From positions 3,906 to 67,905 of the forward strand of contig REEE01000213.1 in assembly GCA_007695245.1 (NCBI GenBank): 64,000 bases of DNA. The letters run 5' to 3'. This stretch comes from Candidatus Competibacteraceae bacterium (GTDB lineage Bacteria > Pseudomonadota > Gammaproteobacteria > Competibacterales > Competibacteraceae). Positions 44,863 to 53,951 of this stretch are shown piece by piece (position 1 is the stretch's first letter; each line of letters opens with the position of its first letter). A program made the position numbers and the translations under genes. The notes beneath the pieces were generated by a model. It was not told the origin of the DNA. It was given only the letters and a program-made list of their open reading frames with translations, and did not search any database.

Positions 44863-47009
44863 CGGTTGTTGAACCCGAATTCCGTCGGTTCCACAGTTCG
44901 CCTCGGCGGGCGCGGGGCCGCGGGGACCGGAGCCGGAGGCGCGTCGCTGATGGGCGGCACCGAGGGGGCGGCGGACCGCAGGTCGAGAATCGAACCTTGG
45001 GTCCTAACCTCCTCCGGCGACCTCAACATCGGTGGCTGGGTGTCGGGCAACAAATAGCCCTTATCGCGGGCGGCCAACTGCTGGGCGCGGATGTAACTGT
45101 ACTTGTCGTTGGTGTACAGGGTGGCCTGCGCCGGCTCCCGCAGGATCACCGGATGCAAAAACACCATCAGATTGCGTCGGAGCTTGGAGGTATTGCGGTA
45201 GCGAAACAGATTCCCCAGTACCGGGACGTCGCCCAGCAGCGGCACCTTGGAGGCCGTTTCGTCGATCTTGTCGTCGATCAACCCGCCCAACACCAGGATT
45301 TGCCCGTCTTCCACCAGCACGGTGGTCTTGATCTCGCGTTTGTTCAAGATTAGCCCTTGGGTGAGAGCGAGCGCCGAAGGCGCGACACTGGACACTTCCT
45401 GAACGATTTCCAGCTTGATGGCATTCCCTTCGTTGATCTGCGGCTTGACCCGGAGGGTGATGCCCACATCCTGCCGCTGGATGGTCTGAAACGGATTGCC
45501 GCCCGGCGCGCCTTCCCCCCCCGTCGTGGGAAGGAAGGAACCCGTCACGATCGGCACGTTCTGGCCGACGATGATCTCGGCCTCCTCATTGTCCAGGGTC
45601 ACTATAGTCGGCGTGGATAGCACATTGGTATCGGCATCCCTGGCCAGGGCGCTGATCAGGGCACCGAAGCGGTTCCGACCGGTGAAGTCGCCCACGCCGA
45701 GCTGAATACCCTGCGGGATACGCCCGGCCGCGCCCGCTATGTCACCTCTATCGATTTGAGCGGCCAGCCCCAGAATATTGGCCAGGCTGGAGGCGCCGGC
45801 GTCGAAATTGGTGATGCCCACCACGCCATCGCTGCTGGCGTCGATCAACCACTGTACACCGAGTTCGGCGGTCTTCTCGGCGGAAATCTCGGCGATCACC
45901 GCTTCCACCAACACTTGGGCGCGGCGCAAATCCAATTGCGCGATCACCGAGCGCAGAGACCGAATAATGTCCGGCGGCGCGGTGATCACCAGGGCGTTGG
46001 TCGCCTCGTCGGCCTGGATATCGATCAAACTACCCCCACCCCCGGGCGCGCCAGGTTGGCCAGGCGTCGTCGGCATATTGCGCGCGGCCTCGGCATCGAG
46101 CGTCCGGCTGACCCCTTGCAGGACCGTCACCAGATCCGCGGCCTTGGCGTAGCGCAGGTAGATGACCTGGGTATTGCCGCTGACATCCACCGGGGTATCC
46201 AAATGCGTGATCAGGGTCCGCAGCCGCAACCGCGAGGTTTGATCGCCGCTCAGCAGGACGCTGTTGGTGCGCTCGTCCGCCACCATCCGGAGCGGTATGC
46301 CGCTCATGGCCGCGGGATCGGCCCGGGTCCGGCCCTGTTCCAGCGCGGTCAGCACCCGCACGATCTCGGTGGCCGGAGCGTGTCGCAGCGCCACGATTTC
46401 GATTTCCTCGTTGCTGGCCAGATCGATCCGACTGATGATGCTGGCGATCCGTTCGACGTTGGCGGCCGCGTCGGAAATGATCAGGACATTGGTCGGCGTA
46501 TAGGCCGCCAGATGGCCTTGCGGGGGAATCAGCGGTCGCAGGATCGGTACGATCTGGGCGGCGGAGACATTTTGAACCTGGATGACCCGGGTTACGATCT
46601 GGTCCGGTTCGACGATGCCGCGCCGGTCGACGGTCGGTATGTTCTCCTGCTTGGCACCCGCCGCCGGGACGATCTTGATCGCCCGATCGCCCGGCACGGC
46701 GGCGAAACCATGCACCGCCAACACCGCGAGAAAGACTTCGTAGAGTTCCTTCTCATCCATCGGCTTGGCGGAGATGATAGTCACCCGACCGCGGACCCGC
46801 GGATCGACGATAAAATTCTTGCCGGTCAACACTGACATACTCTCCACGAGGGCATTGATGTCGGCATCCTTGAGATTCAGCGTCACCGGCGCGGCGCTTG
46901 ATGGCGTGGCGAGGATCGAACCCAGCAACAGCGTCCACAGGACCAAGGTTTTTATGGACAGCCGGCGGAACAACCGCCATCGGTTTAGCCTGTCGGTTAT
47001 CATCATCAT
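44859..47009 (-). CDS. gspD: Type II secretion system secretin GspD
   Basis: 716 aa. Signal peptide, N0-N3 domains ([29 protein letters not shown]), and a secretin domain ([18 protein letters not shown]). ATGA overlap with the gspE start. Pro-rich C-tail. Confidence 0.94.
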   Translation of the reverse strand: MMMITDRLNRWRLFRRLSIKTLVLWTLLLGSILATPSSAAPVTLNLKDADINALVESMSVLTGKNFIVDPRVRGRVTIISAKPMDEKELYEVFLAVLAVHGFAAVPGDRAIKIVPAAGAKQENIPTVDRRGIVEPDQIVTRVIQVQNVSAAQIVPILRPLIPPQGHLAAYTPTNVLIISDAAANVERIASIISRIDLASNEEIEIVALRHAPATEIVRVLTALEQGRTRADPAAMSGIPLRMVADERTNSVLLSGDQTSRLRLRTLITHLDTPVDVSGNTQVIYLRYAKAADLVTVLQGVSRTLDAEAARNMPTTPGQPGAPGGGGSLIDIQADEATNALVITAPPDIIRSLRSVIAQLDLRRAQVLVEAVIAEISAEKTAELGVQWLIDASSDGVVGITNFDAGASSLANILGLAAQIDRGDIAGAAGRIPQGIQLGVGDFTGRNRFGALISALARDADTNVLSTPTIVTLDNEEAEIIVGQNVPIVTGSFLPTTGGEGAPGGNPFQTIQRQDVGITLRVKPQINEGNAIKLEIVQEVSSVAPSALALTQGLILNKREIKTTVLVEDGQILVLGGLIDDKIDETASKVPLLGDVPVLGNLFRYRNTSKLRRNLMVFLHPVILREPAQATLYTNDKYSYIRAQQLAARDKGYLLPDTQPPMLRSPEEVRTQGSILDLRSAAPSVPPISDAPPAPVPAAPRPPRRTVEPTEFGFNNR

Positions 47010-47086
47010 CAGTATTTCGGTCGGTAAAACGTCAGCGACGGAAACCCATCGATCGTCCGCGGGTCAGCGCTCCGCGGACGATGTAT

Positions 47087-48067
47087 TTATTGAGGGGAAC
47101 CCGCCAGCGAGAAGGTCAGGGGAATCTCAGCGCCGTCGCGCAGCACGCGCACCTCGACCTGATCGGCGTTCAGTACCGCCTGCAACATGGCCAAACCCTG
47201 GACCGGACTGTTCAGACGGCTACCGTTGATTTCGGTGATCACATCGCCACTATTCAAACCCAGTTGGCGCAACAGTTGCGCGTCGCGTCCCGGCCGCAAC
47301 CGAAAACCCACAAACTGGCCGTTCTGGACGTAGGGACTGGCGAAGGCGATATCCTCCAGCGCTTGGGGGCGAACCGCCGCTTCTCCGCGCAGGCGCTCGG
47401 CGACGGCGCTGGCGTCGATCACCCGGGATTGCTGGAAACTGGCTGGCTCGGATGGCGGCTCGATACCGACTGGCGGCGCGGGCTCCAGCACCGGAGTCAC
47501 CGGTCGGATAATCTCTTCCAACTTCGGTAGGTTCAATACCTCTCGCCGGTCGTTACGGGACACGATAACCCGATCGTGCTGAATTTGCTCCAGTCGGGCT
47601 CCTCCGGGCAGTAACGCGCCGATCCGGTAACCGCGTTCGAGACTGTTGCCATCGGCGATCAACGCCAACGCTCTTTCCCCAGGCTCGACGAAAAACACCC
47701 CGACCAGACGGAGATTGAGCGGCGTGACCGGCAAGGGCGCGGGCGCCGTCGCGATCGGGCGGCCCGCTTCCACTTGGCCGAACAGGTGCCATGCCCCAAT
47801 GACGGCGTAATCCGGGGGGAGTTGGACATCCGGGTTGGGGCGGTCGACCACCGGTCCCGATGGTGCCGGCGCGGTCATGCCCACCGTGGGGGGTGAAGGG
47901 CCGACCAGTAACGCCAACGTCAATCCGGCCAAGACGCGCGCCAGCGCGATGACCAGAACGACACTGACAACCTCTACGGCCAAGCGCAGCCAGAGTTCGG
48001 CACGGAACAGCGTCGGCGACAAGCGATTTTCCAGCGCTGGCATGACGCGTCGGGCAAAATTCGTCAA
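47087..48067 (-). CDS. gspC: Type II secretion system protein GspC (TM anchor + HR region + PDZ)
   Basis: N-terminal TM (LAVEVVSVVLVIALARVLAGL). The C-terminal PDZ-like segment is GFRLRPGRDAQLLRQLGLNSGDVITEINGSRLNSP. First gene of the operon. The start is TTG 48067 or ATG 48043. Confidence 0.7.
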   Translation of the reverse strand: MTNFARRVMPALENRLSPTLFRAELWLRLAVEVVSVVLVIALARVLAGLTLALLVGPSPPTVGMTAPAPSGPVVDRPNPDVQLPPDYAVIGAWHLFGQVEAGRPIATAPAPLPVTPLNLRLVGVFFVEPGERALALIADGNSLERGYRIGALLPGGARLEQIQHDRVIVSRNDRREVLNLPKLEEIIRPVTPVLEPAPPVGIEPPSEPASFQQSRVIDASAVAERLRGEAAVRPQALEDIAFASPYVQNGQFVGFRLRPGRDAQLLRQLGLNSGDVITEINGSRLNSPVQGLAMLQAVLNADQVEVRVLRDGAEIPLTFSLAGSPQ

Positions 48068-48070
48068 AAT

Positions 48071-48091
48071 CAGATGTCAGATGTCAGATGC
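48071..48091. repeat. Heptamer tandem repeat (cagatgt)x3 immediately upstream of gspC
   Basis: cagatgtcagatgtcagatgc, read directly from the sequence. Confidence 0.8.
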
Positions 48092-48268
48092 AAAGTCAGG
48101 ATTGGGGTACGATACCGTCAATTAATCTCACTTGAGCATAACAAAAAATGGTTGCGACTGGCCCCAATTTTCCATCCTGCAGGCTTGGCGCGTTCGGTCC
48201 ACCGCCATGCCGTCGCGGCGGCCGATCCATGACTGACGTAGGAAATCCACGATCGAGAGGAGTTTGCC

Positions 48269-49132
48269 ATGCGCTTCCCCCGTTTCTTCCTGATAGCGAC
48301 CGTGATTTTCATCTTGAGCGCCTGCGCGGCAGGCGATCCGTATCGACATACCAAGGTGGGAGCCGGCATCGGCGCGGTTTCCGGGGCGGTGATCGGCCAT
48401 CAACTCGACGGCCGCTCCGGCCGCTTTGTAGGCGGGGCGGTCGGCGCGCTGACCGGTGCCGCCGTGGGCAGTTACATGGATCGGCAGCAGCAGGCCTTGG
48501 AACGGTCGCTGGCCGCCGAGCGCCAGCGCGGTCTGCGTGTGGAGCGGTTGGATGATGGCAGCCTCCGGCTCGATTTGCCTAGCGAGGTGCTGTTCGATTT
48601 TGACAGCGCGGCGGTCAAACCCGCCTTCATCCCCTCATTGGATCGAGTGGCGGGCACCTTGCGTGAATACGACCAGACCGTCATTCATATTATCGGTCAT
48701 ACCGACAGTATCGGCACCGATGCGTACAATCTGGATCTGTCGCTGCGCCGCGCCGAAAGCGTGGCCGGCTTTCTCGCCGCGCGTGGGGTCGGCGATTACC
48801 GGCTACGCACCGAGGGACGCGGCAAGCGCGAGCCGATCGCCAGCAACGCCACGCCGGAAGGCCGGCAACAGAATCGTCGGGTCGAAATGTACATCCGACC
48901 GGTGGTCGAAGGGCAGGAAAGCCGTGCCTACCAACCGCCGAGCCGCCAACCCGCGCCTCCTGGAGCCCATGCCGGGCGTTACGAACCCTACGCGCCGCCA
49001 CCGGGCCGCTATCCACCCCAGCCGTATACCCCGCGGGACAGCCGGGGCGACTATCCACCGGCCCGCTACCAACCGGACTTCTATTCACCGGATTATGATC
49101 CCTACCCGAATCGTCCAGCTCCCCGCTACTGA
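48269..49132 (+). CDS. OmpA-family peptidoglycan-binding lipoprotein with an N-terminal glycine zipper and a Pro/Tyr-rich tail
   Basis: 287 aa. Lipobox ILSAC, glycine zipper GAGIGAVSGAVIG...GGAVGALTGAAVG, OmpA_C-like core LFDFDSAAV...GHTDSIGTDAYNLDLSLRRAESV...NRRVEM, and the tail PPPGRYPPQPYTPRDSRGDYPPARYQPDFYSPDYDPYPNRPAPRY. Confidence 0.82.
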   Translation: MRFPRFFLIATVIFILSACAAGDPYRHTKVGAGIGAVSGAVIGHQLDGRSGRFVGGAVGALTGAAVGSYMDRQQQALERSLAAERQRGLRVERLDDGSLRLDLPSEVLFDFDSAAVKPAFIPSLDRVAGTLREYDQTVIHIIGHTDSIGTDAYNLDLSLRRAESVAGFLAARGVGDYRLRTEGRGKREPIASNATPEGRQQNRRVEMYIRPVVEGQESRAYQPPSRQPAPPGAHAGRYEPYAPPPGRYPPQPYTPRDSRGDYPPARYQPDFYSPDYDPYPNRPAPRY

Positions 49133-49136
49133 CGCA

Positions 49137-49181
49137 AAGCAAGCGCCGCTGGTCGGGTCATCCGGCCAGCGGCGCTTGCTT
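49137..49181. terminator. Strong GC-rich hairpin between convergent genes (bidirectional terminator candidate)
   Basis: gcaagcgccgctgg (49139-49152) pairs perfectly with ccagcggcgcttgc (49166-49179), giving 14 bp plus 2 flanking A-T pairs. There is no long U-tract. Confidence 0.5.
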
Positions 49182-49200
49182 GCATGACTATCACCCATCA

Positions 49201-49653
49201 CTAACGATAATAATGGCGATAATAGTTGTGATGACCCCGATAGGCTTGAGGCGGACCCCGGTAATGACTCCGGTAAGACGGGGGTGGACCCCGGTAATGA
49301 CTCCGATAGGATGGGGGCGGACCCCGATAATGACCCCGGTAAGACGGGGGTGGACCCCGATAATGGGACGGGGGACCGTAGTCGCGTGGTGCGTGATAGC
49401 CGGGCCGATCCACGTAGAACACTTCGGAGTGCGGCCGCTGGTAACGTTGCGTGGTCAACGCGGTTCCGGTCGCGCCGCCGATGGCGCTGCCGATGATCGC
49501 GCCATCGCGCCCGCCCAATTCGGAACCGATGGCCGCTCCCAGCGCCCCGCCGAGTGCGCCGCCCAGGATCGCATCGCCCCGGGGACCGGCCAGCGCCGCC
49601 GATGGCACCCCAAGCGCCACCGCCAACAGTAGCAAAGGTAGCGTTTTCATCAT
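49201..49653 (-). CDS. Exported glycine-zipper protein with a tandem HYRGPPPSYR(G/S) repeat tail
   Basis: About 150 aa from ATGATG (49653/49650), preceded by GGAGGG. Signal peptide MMKTLPLLLLAVALGVPSAALA and zipper GGALGGALGAAIGSELGG..GSAIGGATG. Then four 11-aa repeats plus HHNYYRHYYR. Confidence 0.7.
   Translation of the reverse strand: MMKTLPLLLLAVALGVPSAALAGPRGDAILGGALGGALGAAIGSELGGRDGAIIGSAIGGATGTALTTQRYQRPHSEVFYVDRPGYHAPRDYGPPSHYRGPPPSYRGHYRGPPPSYRSHYRGPPPSYRSHYRGPPQAYRGHHNYYRHYYR
49210..49380. repeat. 33-nt in-frame tandem repeat (about 4-5 units) inside the 49201-49653 CDS
   Basis: Units are like gaccccggtaatgactccggtaagacgggggtg, repeated with a few substitutions. They encode HYRGPPPSYRx. 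Confidence 0.85.
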
Positions 49654-49756
49654 CAATCCCTCCAATACGAATAAATTCGTTATGGGCAGGATGGTAAGCC
49701 CACGAAACTGAACAGACGCTGACCGTGGTCTGACCGGTGATCGTGCGCGCAAACCG

Positions 49757-50290
49757 TCATCGGGACGACGCCCAGCGTAGCGCGGGGACAACAGGCTTGA
49801 GGGTCGGATGCTTGGCCCGCACCCCGATCACTCGGCCCGACTGCGGCGGTTGCGGCAGTTGAATGTGGGCGGTCATCAACGCGTTCAACCGGTCCATGAT
49901 GGCCAGCGGCATTGAGGTACTGTGCCGCTCCGCCAGATTCACATGAATCAGCATCAGTTCGGTGGTGGCGGACAGAAAGCCCTTACCCGCATGGTACAGG
50001 TAATGAAAGTAGTGAAGGCGTTTGTTGTCGAAGCCCAGCAACTGAGTGGTGATGCGCAGCGGATCGCCGGCCACCAGCTCGCGTTGGTAATTGACGTGCG
50101 CTTCCACGACGAAAGTCGAGCACTGTTGGCGCTCGCGATAGTCCTGTCCCATCCCCAGATAGTCCATGAAGGCATCGGTGGCATGGTCGAACGCCAGCAC
50201 GTAATAGGCGACATTCATGTGCCCGTTGTAATCGATCCACTCGGGCGGCACCGCGCCGGTGTACAAGCATAAGGGGGATTCGATCCGCAT
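49757..50290 (-). CDS. Hotdog-fold acyl-CoA thioesterase-like protein
   Basis: 177 aa. PEWIDYNGHMNVAYYVLAFDHATDAF...STFVVEAHVNYQRELVAGDPLRI is a 4HBT/YbgC-type thioesterase pattern. Substrate unknown. Confidence 0.65.
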   Translation of the reverse strand: MRIESPLCLYTGAVPPEWIDYNGHMNVAYYVLAFDHATDAFMDYLGMGQDYRERQQCSTFVVEAHVNYQRELVAGDPLRITTQLLGFDNKRLHYFHYLYHAGKGFLSATTELMLIHVNLAERHSTSMPLAIMDRLNALMTAHIQLPQPPQSGRVIGVRAKHPTLKPVVPALRWASSR

Positions 50291-50627
50291 GGTTTGATCG
50301 TTGCGTCGCTGTCCGTGGAAAGCGCGGTACGCTACCTGCTTTTTTCAGGTTACGCAATTATTACCATGAAGGGGGAACTTTTGGCGCACGATGCTCAAAA
50401 CCGAGGTGGTAGGCTGGCGGACGCCTTTCACCCTGTGTGGAGGACTCCCTCGTCCAAGGGTGCGGGAATCCGGCCTTCATCGCGTCACGGATGGCGGCAA
50501 AGGGTCTGGGTCGATGTCCGTAGATCGTAATTGTTGGGCCAACCGCGCGACGCGTCGTTGTTCCTGATCGGGGTGCTGAATCTCCCGCTCCGTCGCTTCC
50601 GCTGGTATGGCAACAAACCCGATGATT

Positions 50628-51143
50628 TCACGCTAACATTTCGCCTGTCTCCGCAATCCGCTCCCAGATTTCGACGTCCCGTCGCGCCAACAGCCGTTCG
50701 GTGAATGCCAGCGCCGCCGCGAGATGCGCTTCCGCCGCCGCGCCGAGCGGTTCGCCCAACTCGAAGGACTCGCCGCGAATCGCCAGTTGGAAAGCCGGTG
50801 GTGGAGCGGCGTGATGGACTCGCGCGTAAACGTGAAGGACGGCGGCGGGCGACAACGCATGACTGGTGTAGCTGGTGTCTTGCGCCGGCCGCAGGCGAGT
50901 GAACTGGAACGGCGGCGAACAGGACACGCTGGCGTCCACGAACAACACCAAATCCCGCTCCTCCAGGTCGACGACATGTTCGATCTGGAGCTGAAAATCG
51001 GTGAACAGCTCGACGGCGTCCCGGTCGTCGCGCGGTTCCCGCCGTTCCGCCAACCGCTCCAGAAACAACGGTCCCAGGGCGTCATCGCCCCGGCTGGGGT
51101 TGCCGATCGCCAGAATCAGCACCCCAGCGCCAGACGTCTTCAC
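50628..51143 (-). CDS. hoxW: [NiFe] hydrogenase maturation endopeptidase (HoxW/HyaD family)
   Basis: About 171 aa from GTG 51143, with a GTGA overlap onto the hoxH stop. VLILAIGNPSRGDDALGP...D...H pattern. Confidence 0.8.
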   Translation of the reverse strand: MKTSGAGVLILAIGNPSRGDDALGPLFLERLAERREPRDDRDAVELFTDFQLQIEHVVDLEERDLVLFVDASVSCSPPFQFTRLRPAQDTSYTSHALSPAAVLHVYARVHHAAPPPAFQLAIRGESFELGEPLGAAAEAHLAAALAFTERLLARRDVEIWERIAETGEMLA

Positions 51144-52663
51144 GCTAATCCTGGCTCCAGCACGCGCGGAAATTCGGCATTGCGGATGGTCCCATCCGCA
51201 TCCCGCACCAAACAATCCACCACGGTCCCACTCGCTTCCTCCACCAGTTCCACCACCAGCGGCATCTGGCCCAGGGCGTGGGTGGCGCAGGACAAGCAGG
51301 GATCGTAGGCTCGCACCGCGACTTCGATCTGGTTCAGCAGCGGCTCAGTCAACTCCTTGCCGTTCAGATAACGTTCCGCCACCTGCCGGATGGACTCGTT
51401 CATGGCCTGGTTATTGTTGGTGGTGGACACGATCAGATTGGCCTTCTCGATCAGGCCGTCTTCGTTGATGCGGTAATGATGGAACAGCGTGCCGCGCGGT
51501 GCTTCCACCACCCCGATACCTTCCTGCGCCAGCGGGCCGAGCGGCGCCGCCAACTCGCTGCCGAGCAGGTCCGGATCGTGCAGCAACTCCTTGATCGCCT
51601 CGGCCGCATACAGCAGTTCGATCATCCGGGTCCAGTGATAAGCCAGGGTCACATGAATCAGTTGCCCGCGACCCATCGCCATGAAATCCCGCCGTTCTTG
51701 TTCGGCCAGCGGCGTGGGGATGAAATCGCAGTTGTTGATCCGGGCCAACGGTCCAACGCGATACCAGCCCTGTTCGGGTCCCAGCGAGTTGATGAACGGG
51801 AACTTCATATAGCTCCACGGCTTGACCTGCTCGCGGAGCACCTGTTCGTAACGCTGGTAGTCGAGATGATCGAAAATCAGGCCGCCGCGCCGGTTTTTGG
51901 CCCGCAACCCACCGTGATAGAGATCCAGCGCCCCGTCGGCGCGGATCAGGCTGAGATAGTGGCTGCGGATGGTAGCGAAATCGGTGAAATAGCCAGGGTT
52001 CTTCTCAAAGGCTTGGCGCATCCGTTTAATGACGTCGCGACCCCATTCGATCATCTGGTCGAGATCGGTCAGCAGGTAGTCGCGTTCCGCCACGGTCAGC
52101 GCCTTGTTGACCCCCCCCGGCACCGTGGCGATGCCGTGGACCCGCTTGCCGGCGACGACCCGGATGACTTCCTGGCCATATTTGCGCAGCAGCACGCCCC
52201 GGCGGGCGATTTCGGGATGGTCGGCAATCACCCCGACCACATTGCGATGTGCCACCCGATCATCGTAATCGAACAGGAAATCCGGAGAGGCCAAGTGAAA
52301 GAAATGCACCGCGTGCGATTGCAGGGTCTGGCCGAGATGCAGCAACCGGCGAATTTTTTCAGCGGTCGGTGGCAACTCATCCACCCCGACCAATTGATCC
52401 ACCGCCTTGCCCGCCGCCAGGTGGTGACTGACCGGACAAATGCCGCACAAGCGCTGCACGATGATCGGCACTTCCCAATAGGGCCGGCCCTGAATAAATT
52501 TTTCAAAGCCGCGAAATTCGACGATGTGCAAGCGCGCCTGGCGGATGTGATACTCCTCGTCCAAGAGCAAAGTGACCTTGCCGTGACCTTCGACCCGGCT
52601 CAGCGGCTCGATGACGACGCGCCGCAACTTTTCCGGTTCGGCAACGGTTTCCGCGATATTCAT
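51140..52663 (-). CDS. hoxH: NAD-reducing soluble [NiFe] hydrogenase large subunit (group 3d)
   Basis: 507 aa. N-terminal Ni-binding RLCGICPVSH and C-terminal DPCLSCATH, followed by a 45-aa extension. Confidence 0.92.
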   Translation of the reverse strand: MNIAETVAEPEKLRRVVIEPLSRVEGHGKVTLLLDEEYHIRQARLHIVEFRGFEKFIQGRPYWEVPIIVQRLCGICPVSHHLAAGKAVDQLVGVDELPPTAEKIRRLLHLGQTLQSHAVHFFHLASPDFLFDYDDRVAHRNVVGVIADHPEIARRGVLLRKYGQEVIRVVAGKRVHGIATVPGGVNKALTVAERDYLLTDLDQMIEWGRDVIKRMRQAFEKNPGYFTDFATIRSHYLSLIRADGALDLYHGGLRAKNRRGGLIFDHLDYQRYEQVLREQVKPWSYMKFPFINSLGPEQGWYRVGPLARINNCDFIPTPLAEQERRDFMAMGRGQLIHVTLAYHWTRMIELLYAAEAIKELLHDPDLLGSELAAPLGPLAQEGIGVVEAPRGTLFHHYRINEDGLIEKANLIVSTTNNNQAMNESIRQVAERYLNGKELTEPLLNQIEVAVRAYDPCLSCATHALGQMPLVVELVEEASGTVVDCLVRDADGTIRNAEFPRVLEPGLA

Positions 52664-52675
52664 AACCGACCTCGC

Positions 52676-53218
52676 TCAATCGTAGTGCAGCTGCTGATAA
52701 GGCAACGCGACGGGCTGCCCGGCCAGCAATTCGTTGATAAAAGTCCAGATCGCATCCGCCGACGGCGGACAGCCGGGCAGGAAGTAATCCACCTTCACTA
52801 CTTCGTGAAGCGGACGCACCCGGTCTAGCAACAACGGAATTTCCGGATCGTTGGGAATTTGCGCGTCGACCAGGGCGATCCCGTGCAGGTACGACTCCTC
52901 CAGGCACTCCTTGAGATCGAACTGGTTGCGCAGCGCCGGCACACCGCCGTTGATCGCGCACGCGCCCATCGCGACCAGGACTTTGCAGCGCGCTCGAAAC
53001 TCCATCAACACATGGACGTTCTCGGCGTTGGCGACGCCACCCTCGATAATACCGATGTCACAGGGGCCAAGAATCTTGATGTCGGTCAGCGGGCTGCGAT
53101 CCAGCGTCACATGCTCGAACAGCTCGATCAGTCGTTCATCGAGATCGAGGATCGACATGTGGCAACCGAAGCAACCGGCCAGCGAGCAGGTCGCGAGCTT
53201 CAGACGGGGTTTAGTCAT
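52676..53218 (-). CDS. hoxY: NAD-reducing hydrogenase small subunit
   Basis: 180 aa from MTKPRLKLATCSLAGCFGCHMS, with GACAINGG and LPGCPP. ATGACTAA overlap with the hoxU stop. Confidence 0.9.
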   Translation of the reverse strand: MTKPRLKLATCSLAGCFGCHMSILDLDERLIELFEHVTLDRSPLTDIKILGPCDIGIIEGGVANAENVHVLMEFRARCKVLVAMGACAINGGVPALRNQFDLKECLEESYLHGIALVDAQIPNDPEIPLLLDRVRPLHEVVKVDYFLPGCPPSADAIWTFINELLAGQPVALPYQQLHYD

Positions 53219-53951
53219 GACGGCGTCCTCCCTGGCTTTCCGGCACTTGCGCGACATCGCCCGCCACGTCGACCGGCTGGCGATCGTACAGCCGTCGCCC
53301 GATCGGCGATTCATAGCCCCGATGTTTGATCAGAATCGTCCCGGTCGGACACACCTGAGCAGCCTTGTCCGTGATACTGAACGTGGTGGCGCCCAACCGG
53401 CCGGAGGGGGTATTGATCACCAGATGGGCGTGGATACCCCGCCCGTGAACCGCGAACACGTTTTTGCCGTCCACGTCGCGACTGGCCCGCACGCACAACT
53501 CGCACAGAATGCAGCGGTTGAAATCAATCACCGCATCCGGGTGCGAGGCGTCCACCGTCCGGCGCGGATAGAAGTGGGGATAATGCGGCTCCAGCATCCC
53601 CACGTAGTAGGCCACCGCCTGCAACTGGCAGGCTCCGCTTTTTTCACAGGCCGGGCAAATATGGTTGCCTTCGACGAACATCATTTGCAGGATGCCGCAG
53701 CGAATGTCGCGCAACTCCTCGGTTTCGCTCTCCACGGTCTGACCGGCCGCCGCCGGGGTGGCGCAGGACGCCTGTATTCGGCCGTTGACCTTGGTCAGAC
53801 AGACCCGGCAACTGCCGTGCGCCTTGAATTCCGGGTTGAAGCACAGATGCGGGATGTAGATCCCGGCGGCTCGCGCCGCCACCATAATGCTTTGACCGTC
53901 CTCAAACGAGACCGGTTGCCCGTCCAGGGTAAAAGACTGTTCCTGGCTCAT
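53211..53951 (-). CDS. hoxU: NAD-reducing hydrogenase diaphorase subunit HoxU (NuoG N-terminal-like Fe-S protein)
   Basis: 246 aa with 2Fe-2S CFNPEFKAHGSCRVC...C, HICPACEKSGAC and CILCELCVRA. Confidence 0.9.
   Translation of the reverse strand: MSQEQSFTLDGQPVSFEDGQSIMVAARAAGIYIPHLCFNPEFKAHGSCRVCLTKVNGRIQASCATPAAAGQTVESETEELRDIRCGILQMMFVEGNHICPACEKSGACQLQAVAYYVGMLEPHYPHFYPRRTVDASHPDAVIDFNRCILCELCVRASRDVDGKNVFAVHGRGIHAHLVINTPSGRLGATTFSITDKAAQVCPTGTILIKHRGYESPIGRRLYDRQPVDVAGDVAQVPESQGGRRHD

Noticed and set aside
49210-49380. Regular direct repeats that might have been a CRISPR array (also 59815-59945 and 60594-60694).
   Set aside because: The repeats are contiguous with no unique spacers, have periods that are multiples of 3 (33, 24 and 18 nt), and sit in frame inside ORFs. 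There are no cas genes.
50291-50627. 338-bp gap between hoxW and the thioesterase gene, examined for a missed small gene (e.g. a hox accessory gene) or an ncRNA.
   Set aside because: It contains only a 78-aa plus-strand ORF and a 41-codon minus-strand ORF, both with implausible composition. I recognised no conserved RNA motif. It contains a 10-bp palindrome cgacgcgtcg but nothing interpretable.
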